Below are positions 28,223 to 37,038 of a stretch of DNA of 64,000 bases, piece by piece. The DNA is taken from the IMG/VR virus record IMGVR_UViG_3300009502_000036, positions 14,092 through 78,091 of that record; one strand, given 5' to 3'. Every line of letters starts with the position of its first letter. Within the stretch, counting starts at the first letter, position 1. The notes beneath the pieces are model-generated. The model worked only from the letters and a program-made list of their open reading frames with translations. It was not told where the DNA came from and did no database searches. Both the position numbers and the translations under genes were made by a program. The DNA is from a virus.

Positions 28223-31201
28223 CTAGTGTTGAATTACGGTTGGTAAAAAATCACCTAATCCTCCAGATAAAGCTATTATTCTATACATGTCGTTGTTATT
28301 ATTAACAGCACCAATATTCCCAGACTGTTTTTCATGTACATTTGTATTAGATGGAGCATTTATCACGACATTACCAGCAACATCGTCGGTAGATACAGGT
28401 ACTGTTGCTTTTCTCGCAAATTCTAAAGATTTAGTTTCTGCACTAATAAATGCGCCTTGTTTTACTGGTTTTGGAACTGCAACCAGTGGCTTAACAGATG
28501 GATTAAGTTCAACCGAATTTTGTAAAGTTGATTTAGGTTTACTTAATGCAGTTGAACCTTCGTTGGTATTTAAAAGAGCTAATGCATTAGATTGTCTTTG
28601 CCCTCTAACTTTACCGGAAGATCTTTCGTAATAAATATCAACCGCTGCAGCCGCACCATCTGCAGTTTTTGCTTCTTTTATTTGATCACCCGCTTTCTTT
28701 TCTGTGTTATTTAATTCCCAATCTACAAATGCTAATTGTTCTTTAAAGCTCGATTGTTTAATATCTTTACCCATCACTTTAGCAAACATTTTTTGTCTAT
28801 CAGGGTGCCATTGAGCTATGCCATATGCTTGTCCATCATCACCGACAGAATTGGTTTTCATATCTTTACCACTTTCTGACTGTAAATTTCCAATAATACC
28901 CGCCGCTTGCTCCTTTGTCCAACCTTTGGATTGTAAAAATGACATCCCTTCTTTAGAACTACCTGATTCACCCAAACCTTTTTCTGCGGAGCCACCACCC
29001 ATACCAACCGAAGTACCTCCAGCTTTGCTCATAGATTGTGATGGAGTTAATCCCATCTTTTTCATTATATTACCAAAGAATTCTCCAACACCACCTGTAA
29101 TTTTATTTCCGGTTGTTGCTATAACGTCAGTCTGCCCTTCATAATCGGCTTCTCTCCAAAGTTGAGCATTATCTTTGTCAAAGTTAAATGGATTTAATCT
29201 TTTCATAACCCATCTAATAATCTTATCACCTATTTTTGCTATAGATACTATACCAACTGCCATATTTTTAGGTACAGAAAAAATTCCTTCTACCAAACTA
29301 CTAATATTCTTTTGAAGAATTTCGCTTATATTTATTTTCTTCGATATCGTTTCCGATTTAGTTTTTTTAGGCGAAGTTTTTTCTGATGCCAAAGCTTCAT
29401 TACCAAATATAGAATTCATTATTGATCCTATTGGATCAGATACGATTGATTTTCCTATAGGTCTAGCTAATTTGTTACCAAGTAAGGTTCCACCCATAGA
29501 ACCTAGTATTTTAAATAAGGTACTATATTTTTTAAGAGGTCCTATCGCAGTTGCTCCTAATAATCTTTCGCCGCCGATACCACCTACTATCCCGCCGCCT
29601 ACTGAGCCAATTTCACTAGAGATAGCTTCTTTTACTTTTTCACCTGCTGCAATGTTTGAAGTCGCGTTCCCAATACCAAATGCAGTTTCAACTGCAACTG
29701 GGTGTTTATGAACAGAATCATAAACACCTTTAGCTGATTTTAAAAACGACTTTTTGCTACCAGGTTCTTGTGGTTCTTTTGTTAAATCATCCCACCAATT
29801 TGCCTTAACGGAGGTTCCTACTTTAGGTTCTCTCGGTTTTCCCCACCAAGATCCTATTCCAGAATTTTCTTTCCCAAATACACCAGCTCCTGCTAAATCT
29901 CTAGTTGCGGATATTCCAGATAATCCCCAACTTAAAGGTGATAATCCAACGGCACCAGCCAATCCAGAACTAGCTTCTAATGCAGCACCAGTATAATCTC
30001 CTTCTTTTGCTTTTTGATATGCATAATATGCACCTAAACCTGCACCTAGTAACGGTATAGATTTTCCTAAAGTTTTAAATCCAAGTTTTCCTGCACCTTT
30101 AACCGCAATTTTTGTACCAAGTTCTGGTACAACTTCTTCTCCTGCCTTTGTTAAAAGTTTTGTTCCTATATTAGGAATTGCTTTCTCTGCAACCTTTTCA
30201 GTAACAACTTCTGCAACACTTGTTGATGGAAATACTTTACCTAAAACATTTGATCCTGTAGTTAGCGCTTTTGTTGCACCCTTTGCTAATACTTCTCCAC
30301 CTACTGTTTCTACGCCAGTTGACAATACTTTACCTAAAACATTTGATCCTGTAGTTAGCGCTTTTGTTGCACCCTTTGCTAATACTTCTCCACCTACTGT
30401 TTCTACGCCAGTTGACAATACTTTAGGGACAAAACCGCCCAATGCTTTTGTTGCAAGTTTTCCTGCTCCTATAGTTGCTGCTATTGTACCTAAAACCTCT
30501 GTTGCGGTTATGATTTTATTTAATAACCCATTCGTCTCTCTCCTTTCTACTTTTTCAGAAGATCCTTTACAACAGCAACAACCATCACCATTAGGCGGCG
30601 GCCATTTTTTAGTATAACCTCCACCTAATGGGTTTTTAGGTCCTGCGGGACCTAGTGGCCCGAAAGTCTCACCGCCTGACCCATTTGGACTTTCAGGAGC
30701 TTTATAAGGCGTTCCACTCGAGTCCGCATCTCCAAACTTTCTCTGAAGTAGTTTCCAAATTTGATATGTATTATTAGCAGAATTTGCGGCATCTTTATAA
30801 CTCTGTTTTCTAGCAAAAGTATCTGCTGTTGTTTCTGCTTTTTCTTTTGCTTTACTTTCTGCAACTTTTTTACCCCATGGAGTTTTTGCAAACAGATTAT
30901 CAAGGGTTCCAGATATTCTTCTTTCTAAAAATTTAGTACCCTGTCCAGCAATAAATGACAATACCATTTTTTCTGGACCAATTCCACCATTTTTAGAAAT
31001 CGTATTGGAAGTATGGGTTTGACGAGTTAAGGTTTCAACAGCTCTAGCAGTACGAACAGATGCCTTTGCTGCTATAAGATTAATAGCAACTAATTTATCT
31101 ATGACTACTAACAAATCCCTATCCCCTCTTTTTGATAGCTGAATGTCAGGCATCTTAAGAGGTTTATCGTTTATTGGTTTTTCTGATTTTGGTGTTGCCA
31201 T
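28223..31201 (-). CDS. tape measure / gp29-like protein with a phage tail lysozyme domain
   Basis: 992 aa, Gly/Ala-rich; AAGIIGNLQSESG..AYGIAQW..QLAFVDWEL..E lysozyme motif; follows gp26/gp51. Confidence 0.75.
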   Translation of the reverse strand: MATPKSEKPINDKPLKMPDIQLSKRGDRDLLVVIDKLVAINLIAAKASVRTARAVETLTRQTHTSNTISKNGGIGPEKMVLSFIAGQGTKFLERRISGTLDNLFAKTPWGKKVAESKAKEKAETTADTFARKQSYKDAANSANNTYQIWKLLQRKFGDADSSGTPYKAPESPNGSGGETFGPLGPAGPKNPLGGGYTKKWPPPNGDGCCCCKGSSEKVERRETNGLLNKIITATEVLGTIAATIGAGKLATKALGGFVPKVLSTGVETVGGEVLAKGATKALTTGSNVLGKVLSTGVETVGGEVLAKGATKALTTGSNVLGKVFPSTSVAEVVTEKVAEKAIPNIGTKLLTKAGEEVVPELGTKIAVKGAGKLGFKTLGKSIPLLGAGLGAYYAYQKAKEGDYTGAALEASSGLAGAVGLSPLSWGLSGISATRDLAGAGVFGKENSGIGSWWGKPREPKVGTSVKANWWDDLTKEPQEPGSKKSFLKSAKGVYDSVHKHPVAVETAFGIGNATSNIAAGEKVKEAISSEIGSVGGGIVGGIGGERLLGATAIGPLKKYSTLFKILGSMGGTLLGNKLARPIGKSIVSDPIGSIMNSIFGNEALASEKTSPKKTKSETISKKINISEILQKNISSLVEGIFSVPKNMAVGIVSIAKIGDKIIRWVMKRLNPFNFDKDNAQLWREADYEGQTDVIATTGNKITGGVGEFFGNIMKKMGLTPSQSMSKAGGTSVGMGGGSAEKGLGESGSSKEGMSFLQSKGWTKEQAAGIIGNLQSESGKDMKTNSVGDDGQAYGIAQWHPDRQKMFAKVMGKDIKQSSFKEQLAFVDWELNNTEKKAGDQIKEAKTADGAAAAVDIYYERSSGKVRGQRQSNALALLNTNEGSTALSKPKSTLQNSVELNPSVKPLVAVPKPVKQGAFISAETKSLEFARKATVPVSTDDVAGNVVINAPSNTNVHEKQSGNIGAVNNNNDMYRIIALSGGLGDFLPTVIQH
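30231..30425. repeat. exact 93-bp tandem duplication in the tape measure gene
   Basis: 30231-30323 = 30324-30416, encoding KVLSTGVETVGGEVLAKGATKALTTGSNVLG twice. Confidence 0.9.
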
Positions 31202-31210
31202 CTTTTTAAT

Positions 31211-31384
31211 TTAAGTTTTTTCTTGTTCTCTAATCCAATTCTTTAATTGCTCTACATAAATATCACGTTCCCATGGTATCCAACTTTCAACTTCTGTAAC
31301 ACTCCAATTATAATGTTTCATCAATTGAAAATTTAATGTGTAATAATTAGACAATGAATTATGACCAAGAATTAAGTAAAAAAA
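31211..31384 (-). CDS. gp51: gp51-like baseplate hub assembly protein (not in ORF track; in the -1 frame of gp26)
   Basis: HNSLSNYYTLNFQLMKHYNWSVTEVESWIPWERDIYV matches the cyanophage-type gp51 motif; first ATG is only at 31321. Confidence 0.75.
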   Translation of the reverse strand, partial: FFYLILGHNSLSNYYTLNFQLMKHYNWSVTEVESWIPWERDIYVEQLKNWIREQEKT

Positions 31385-32091
31385 TCTGTTAGCCCTTCTA
31401 AAACTATAGTTTCTTCTACTTTACACTTTCCGCATTTCCATTTAACTTCATAAGATACTTTTGGTAGTGTTTCAAAGAAATATTCTATCTTTTCTAATTG
31501 CGTATGAGTTAAATTATCAACAAATGCAGTTATCTCTTCTTTCTTATAATCCAAACTTGGATATGTTTTATCTGCATCATAAATATAATCTATACAATCT
31601 GCAATTATAGAAAAAGATGTGTTGCTGTTGTAATTACCTAGTTCATTTAATATGGAAAGAGTAGGATATTTCATCACTACACCTATTTCATCTGTTAATT
31701 GAATCTTTTTATCATGACCTTCTGTTTTCACGATATCAACTAGCGATAAATCTACTAAAATTTCCTGAGTATGATCACATGGGTTTCCATCAGAATTTAT
31801 CCCATCAATATGTTTTACGAAAATTGTTATTTTATCACTTATTGACTTTTCTCTAAGACGCAAAAAACAGTATTCTAAATCAAATATAGATATTGCTTCT
31901 ACGTCAATTCCAAACACACAAACTCTAATAATTTCTTTAATAGAGTTTATAATATCATCAGGGTTGCCGCCTTCCAAAGCAATAAGAAGAATTTTTTCTT
32001 CTTTCACTAAAAAGGGTCTGTAAGAAAACTTCTTACCCGTTGACGGTAATATTAATGTAAATTGAGGACTTGCGATTGATGGTAATGCCAT
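31372..32091 (-). CDS. gp26: baseplate hub subunit gp26
   Basis: MALP....LPSTGK...YRPFLVKEEKILL, FDLEY.FL.LR.KS, MKYP, FFETLP, EGL.DFF. Confidence 0.92.
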   Translation of the reverse strand: MALPSIASPQFTLILPSTGKKFSYRPFLVKEEKILLIALEGGNPDDIINSIKEIIRVCVFGIDVEAISIFDLEYCFLRLREKSISDKITIFVKHIDGINSDGNPCDHTQEILVDLSLVDIVKTEGHDKKIQLTDEIGVVMKYPTLSILNELGNYNSNTSFSIIADCIDYIYDADKTYPSLDYKKEEITAFVDNLTHTQLEKIEYFFETLPKVSYEVKWKCGKCKVEETIVLEGLTDFFT

Positions 32092-32120
32092 AATGTTATA
32101 TTTTTATGTTTATGATATAA

Positions 32121-32759
32121 TTATTGTACTTGAATTCTAGTTCCTATATTCCCACCTACTCCTGATGTAGCCTTTAATACTGTAGGGGTAGCCAATCCTT
32201 CTACAAAATTCCATTGAGCATAAGATAGAGTAACGTTAAAATATACTGGAGTTGTATGAGATGCCCAATCCAAATCTATTGCTCCTACGTTTGTTGGCCA
32301 GCATTTTGAAAGTCTTATCGTTGAAGTTAATTGTCGTGCTTCGTTATAAATATAAATTTCTGCATCTACAGTATAATCGGCATAATAACCCACTAAAAAG
32401 GTTGATCCATCTTGACTTGGAATACCGTAATTAATTACTCCATTTTGCCATGCAGCAAAAAGTTTTCTTTCCCAAAGATTACCAGAAGATACGACTTCTA
32501 TTGTCATATCATTCGTTGAATTCTCTGAAGCATGCTTTATCTGAGGTCCATTATAGGAAACAGAATTAGATTGAATTGCTAATTCGGGTAACTGAGACTT
32601 CATTGTATGAACACTAAGATCATCCATTAGTGTTGCTTGATAATTCTTTTGTAGACATTTAGGCATTGTCAAAAATTTAAATTCAAACAATGACGAATCT
32701 GTCAATCCTATCCCAGCAAAGGATCCTCTAAAATTGGAAACAGAAAAATTTAATGGCAT
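32121..32759 (-). CDS. tail-tube initiator gp54-like (gp19 fold)
   Basis: ERKLFAAWQ, YYADY, CWPTNVGAIDLDW, VTLSY; syntenic position. Confidence 0.7.
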   Translation of the reverse strand: MPLNFSVSNFRGSFAGIGLTDSSLFEFKFLTMPKCLQKNYQATLMDDLSVHTMKSQLPELAIQSNSVSYNGPQIKHASENSTNDMTIEVVSSGNLWERKLFAAWQNGVINYGIPSQDGSTFLVGYYADYTVDAEIYIYNEARQLTSTIRLSKCWPTNVGAIDLDWASHTTPVYFNVTLSYAQWNFVEGLATPTVLKATSGVGGNIGTRIQVQ

Positions 32760-32770
32760 ATTTATTTAAT

Positions 32771-33547
32771 TTACTTAATTTTTGCTCTTGAATCTCTCCA
32801 TACCTTTTGCTGGCTAGCCTTCTTAAACTGTGCTACTGGTAAAAATAATGCAATGTCCCATTCAGATGAATAAACATTTATAAAACGACTTTTAACATGT
32901 TCGTATAAATATCTATGAATAGTTGGAGCAACTTCTTTATGTGCAGAAATTCCCTTTGTTATTTTGTAGGAAATTGCTAATTTGGTCTTTTCATCATAAC
33001 GATCATCTGTCGCTAATGTATATAAAGAATCCATTAATTTTGCTCTAAGAATGTAAGGTAAATAATGGAAATTTAAACCGAGAAAACCATCACTATATTG
33101 TTCTATAGGAATAATTGCTGGGAACATGTCATAATAAGGCAATGTTTTAGCATATTTAGGATCATACATGAAGAAATAAAATTCCCCAGGTAATAATTTA
33201 GTGACTAATCTAGTTTTCTCTGAAAGAAGACTAGCAGATGTTACTTGATGCTGTTCTTTAGCAATTCCTCTAAACCAGTCCCTAGCATCTTGTGTTCTAG
33301 CCGGAATATTTCCAGATCTTATACCACGAAGAAGTAGATTATCAAAAACTCTTTCCTGAGTAGTGTAATTCTTTTTACCTGCAAGTTTATTTAATTCTAA
33401 AGTAGTGTTTTTTGTTGCAACTGATCCCGTCTTTCCAGAAGGAAGTATACGAGCCCATTTGTTAATTCGGTGACCTTTCGAATCACCTAAATATCTATAG
33501 AAATAACCATCTTTCGATTTAAGCTCTACACCTTCAAACACAGACAT
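32771..33547 (-). CDS. gp2: DNA end protector protein gp2
   Basis: YDPKYAKTLPYYDMFP, GFLGLNFHYLP..R, W..A..LP..QF. Confidence 0.9.
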   Translation of the reverse strand: MSVFEGVELKSKDGYFYRYLGDSKGHRINKWARILPSGKTGSVATKNTTLELNKLAGKKNYTTQERVFDNLLLRGIRSGNIPARTQDARDWFRGIAKEQHQVTSASLLSEKTRLVTKLLPGEFYFFMYDPKYAKTLPYYDMFPAIIPIEQYSDGFLGLNFHYLPYILRAKLMDSLYTLATDDRYDEKTKLAISYKITKGISAHKEVAPTIHRYLYEHVKSRFINVYSSEWDIALFLPVAQFKKASQQKVWRDSRAKIK

Positions 33548-33562
33548 TATTTTATTTCCCTT

Positions 33563-34015
33563 TTATATTTTCTTAATATTATCTTCTGTTAAAATGAGGA
33601 ATTTCCATCCTCTTGATTCACAATACTTTGTAGCTGCTCTAAACTTGCACTCATTAATAACATATGTTTTTGCCTCAGAAACGTATCGTGTTGTAGGATG
33701 TCCTAGTCGTTTTCTCATTTTCGGTGGCCTCGTTTGAGCTTTGGGCTTTACTTCGACTAAATAAACCTGTTCAATTCCTTCATTTTTTACATGAACCTTA
33801 AAATCAGGGAAATATCTATGTGGTTTCCCATCTACTGGACTAAAATAAGGTATCACAACTTCTTCGCTAGACCATTTAGTAACTCCGGAATGTTCATCCA
33901 ACCAGATCATGGTTTGAGTTTCCCAATTGCTTCTAGAGATGATTAAATCGATATTACCAGCATATTTATCTTTATTTTTTGGTATAAATTTGCGGGGTTT
34001 TGGAAATCTTGCCAT
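33563..34015 (-). CDS. gp4: head completion nuclease gp4
   Basis: N..KY.G, RSNWE, WSSEE..IPY, HRYFPDF, EVKP..QT, F.ILTE. Confidence 0.92.
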   Translation of the reverse strand: MARFPKPRKFIPKNKDKYAGNIDLIISRSNWETQTMIWLDEHSGVTKWSSEEVVIPYFSPVDGKPHRYFPDFKVHVKNEGIEQVYLVEVKPKAQTRPPKMRKRLGHPTTRYVSEAKTYVINECKFRAATKYCESRGWKFLILTEDNIKKI

Positions 34016-34074
34016 TATATTGAAAATTGTTATAAATATACATATATCTATTTATAAGAAAAACGATAACAAAT

Positions 34075-35037
34075 ATGGGCATAATAAATACCGTAGTAGG
34101 TGTAGCAAAAAATATAGGAACAGAAGCTGCTGTTAGTGCAGGTGCTAGTGTTTTATTAACCGGCTCTATATATAATGCATTATCTGGAGTAGGTAAATCT
34201 TCTCCAATTGGTGGTTCTTTACAATTTCCGGCTGATTTAACAAATAGAACAGATATTTCTCAGTATACATATTTTGCTCCACACGAAGACGTTTCGTTTT
34301 ATAATACAATCTCTCCTAGATCTACTCCTTTAGGGCAAATATATTTACCGTTACCAAGGGAGCTTAGTTCTTCTTATCGATCAAATTGGGAAACTATAGA
34401 TGCAGGGGGTGTTGGTGCATTTGCTGCACTTGGTCACGGTGATGTTGGTGCAATTATAGAAAGTCAGATATCTAAATTAGGAGGAGATTCTGCAACTGGA
34501 AAATTTTTAGATCTTGGCTCAAAGAGAGCACTTAATCCTTATAAGTATGTGCAATGGAAAGGACCCGATTTTAGAACATTTAATTTTACATTTGATTTAG
34601 TATCATCTTCAGCAGAAGAAGCAGAAACTCTAAATAAAATTATTTGGTGGTTCAAAAAATATGTACATACACCATCCAAAGCATTAGATGGTGTAATGGT
34701 GCAACCGCCTTTATGGAATATTAAATTTGTAGATGGAAAAGATCAAGTTGCAACAATACAAAATACAAATGGAATAACAGATCCACAAATACCAGGATTA
34801 AACGTGTCAAATGTAGGTAATGTAGGAAATAAATATTTATTTCAACTTAAAGATTGTGCAATAACTTCGTTTGATGTAGATTATACTTCTAAGGGAAGTT
34901 CTTTTCATGGTCCAGATGCAAGTGGTAATGGAAACCATGCGCCAACAAATGTAAAGTTAACAATATCGTTCACAGAAACTGCAATACTTACCCAAGAAGA
35001 TTTTGAAGCGACGTATCCAAATCGCGCAACTAATTAA
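34075..35037 (+). CDS. gp48: baseplate tail-tube cap gp48
   Basis: LQFP.DL, IYLPLP, NPY....GPDFRTFNFTF, VDYT, L...FTE. Confidence 0.8.
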   Translation: MGIINTVVGVAKNIGTEAAVSAGASVLLTGSIYNALSGVGKSSPIGGSLQFPADLTNRTDISQYTYFAPHEDVSFYNTISPRSTPLGQIYLPLPRELSSSYRSNWETIDAGGVGAFAALGHGDVGAIIESQISKLGGDSATGKFLDLGSKRALNPYKYVQWKGPDFRTFNFTFDLVSSSAEEAETLNKIIWWFKKYVHTPSKALDGVMVQPPLWNIKFVDGKDQVATIQNTNGITDPQIPGLNVSNVGNVGNKYLFQLKDCAITSFDVDYTSKGSSFHGPDASGNGNHAPTNVKLTISFTETAILTQEDFEATYPNRATN

Positions 35038-35049
35038 AAAATAATTAAA

Positions 35050-35586
35050 GTGTCAGGAACAAACTATTTTTCATATTTCCCTAATGTAGAATATACCGAT
35101 AATTCTGGGTCTACAAAAATTGTTACCGATATTTTCAAAAGAGTTAAAATGAGAACTCTTTCTACTATAATAAAGACTGCAATATTCTACAAATATACAA
35201 TTCAAGATGGAGAACGTGTAGAAGATATCGCAAATCGTTATTACGGCGATACACAATATTATTGGTTAATTCTTTATGCAAATGATATTATTAATATTTA
35301 CACTCAGTGGCCAAGAAGTAATTCAGAATTTAATAATTACATTATATCTAAATATGAAAGTATAGAAGGTGCATCAGACACTACAAATGAATTGCTAGTT
35401 CATCACTATGAGGATGTAGTTGGAAATTGGATAAATAAATCTGACTGGGATGGTACTCCTTCGTTAAAAAAAACTATATATGATTGGGAATATTCTTTGA
35501 ATGAAAATAAAAGAGAGATCAATATTGTTAAACGAGAATATCTTCCTCAGATAATAAAAGAAATGAATAATCTATTCTCTAAATAA
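35050..35586 (+). CDS. gp53: baseplate wedge gp53
   Basis: YFSYFP, GERVEDIA.RYYG...YWLIL.AN, WP, YDWE..LNE.KR.I. Confidence 0.9.
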   Translation: MSGTNYFSYFPNVEYTDNSGSTKIVTDIFKRVKMRTLSTIIKTAIFYKYTIQDGERVEDIANRYYGDTQYYWLILYANDIINIYTQWPRSNSEFNNYIISKYESIEGASDTTNELLVHHYEDVVGNWINKSDWDGTPSLKKTIYDWEYSLNENKREINIVKREYLPQIIKEMNNLFSK

Positions 35587-37037
35587 TGCAAACACAAGAA
35601 AGTTATAAACCAAGTGCCGTTATTATAGAAAGCATGGACCTCACTAATTTTGATGGTTCAAAGACTATAGATATACGTGATTTTGTAGCAGAGATTAATA
35701 TCTATGAAGATATTTTTCAATGTCAGATTATGGGTGATCTATCTATTCAAGATAGTAAAGAATTGATAGAATTTTTTCCTATAGTTGGTGAAGAGACTAT
35801 AGAGATAAGGTTTAGAGTTCCTACTAGAGATTTACAGAACTCCATTAATTTGAAAAAAATGAGAGTTTATAAAATTGGTGATAGAACAGCAAGTGGAAAA
35901 AACGTCGGAAAAATACAAACATACACTTTATACTTTTTTTCTTCAGAAATTCTTACAAATTTAAACACTAGGGTATCTAGATCATTTAATACAATGACTG
36001 CTAGTAATATAGCAAAAATAGTATTTGATGATTACCTTAAAAGTGATAAAAAATTTGAAATAGAAAACACTGTAGGTACTTTAAAGACTGTGATTCCTAA
36101 TTGGAATCCATTTAAAGTAATAAATTGGTTAGCAAATACGAAGGCAATAAACGCAGAGAAACAATGTGATTTTTTATTTTTTGAATCAACAAATAAAAGT
36201 GAAGGACCCCAATACAATTTGAAGTCAATCTCTACTATGATGAAACAACCTTCATCATTTACGATGGAATTTACTATTCAGAATGTTAATAGTAATGGTA
36301 CAAAAGATACTAGCACTTCTACTAGAAATGTAGAAGAATTTTCATTTGATAATCATGGTAGTGTGTTAAACAATACTTTAAATGGTCAATATAATCAATG
36401 TTGGATTTGCCATGATCCATTAAGAAAGAAGTTTGTAATATCTAAACATTCTCACAGTGAAGATTACTTGGATGCTTCTACTTCTGGAAATTCGTTTTAT
36501 AGTGATAAGGTTAAAAATGATTCTAAACCAATGCAATTTGTAAGAATGCCTGGAGGTATTGATTGTTTTCCTACTAACATTTCATTATCAAAATCACCAG
36601 ATAACGATACAACTAAAAGTGTAGAACAGAAACCTAATAGAGGTGATTTAAAATATATATCTAAACGGGAAAAACCTGACGAGCTTATATCAAATTCATT
36701 GATTGTAGATCAAAGCGCTAGTAGAATATTTAAAATACAACAAATGAATAACTTTAAGTTGTGTATAGATTCTATACCTGGAACAGACGAAATACAATTA
36801 GGTAAAATAATAGAATTCAATAAACCACATATTACATTTGATAGCACCCAAATAAGTAATAAAACGGGTAGATTTAATGATAGGTTTGTTTCAGGAAATT
36901 ATCTGGTATCTAGAATAAGACACCGTATTTATATATTACCAGAAGCAAAAGAAAGATCTTATACGGTGTCAATAGAATTACTTAGAGATAGATTTAATGA
37001 ACAAATATCTCATAAAGAAATAACAGGAGACGCATAG
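35586..37037 (+). CDS. baseplate hub protein (gp27-like)
   Basis: IYEDIF, PIVGEE, IPNWNPF..I.WL, FLFFE, SGNYLVSRIRH; between gp53 and gp5. Confidence 0.7.
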   Translation: MQTQESYKPSAVIIESMDLTNFDGSKTIDIRDFVAEINIYEDIFQCQIMGDLSIQDSKELIEFFPIVGEETIEIRFRVPTRDLQNSINLKKMRVYKIGDRTASGKNVGKIQTYTLYFFSSEILTNLNTRVSRSFNTMTASNIAKIVFDDYLKSDKKFEIENTVGTLKTVIPNWNPFKVINWLANTKAINAEKQCDFLFFESTNKSEGPQYNLKSISTMMKQPSSFTMEFTIQNVNSNGTKDTSTSTRNVEEFSFDNHGSVLNNTLNGQYNQCWICHDPLRKKFVISKHSHSEDYLDASTSGNSFYSDKVKNDSKPMQFVRMPGGIDCFPTNISLSKSPDNDTTKSVEQKPNRGDLKYISKREKPDELISNSLIVDQSASRIFKIQQMNNFKLCIDSIPGTDEIQLGKIIEFNKPHITFDSTQISNKTGRFNDRFVSGNYLVSRIRHRIYILPEAKERSYTVSIELLRDRFNEQISHKEITGDA

Positions 37038-37038
37038 A

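Noticed and set aside
28287-29996. Plus-strand ORFs inside the tape measure gene, and similar antisense ORFs within ligA, RNR, gp32, fibre genes and istA
   Set aside because: Shadow ORFs opposite well-supported genes, with no recognisable motifs.
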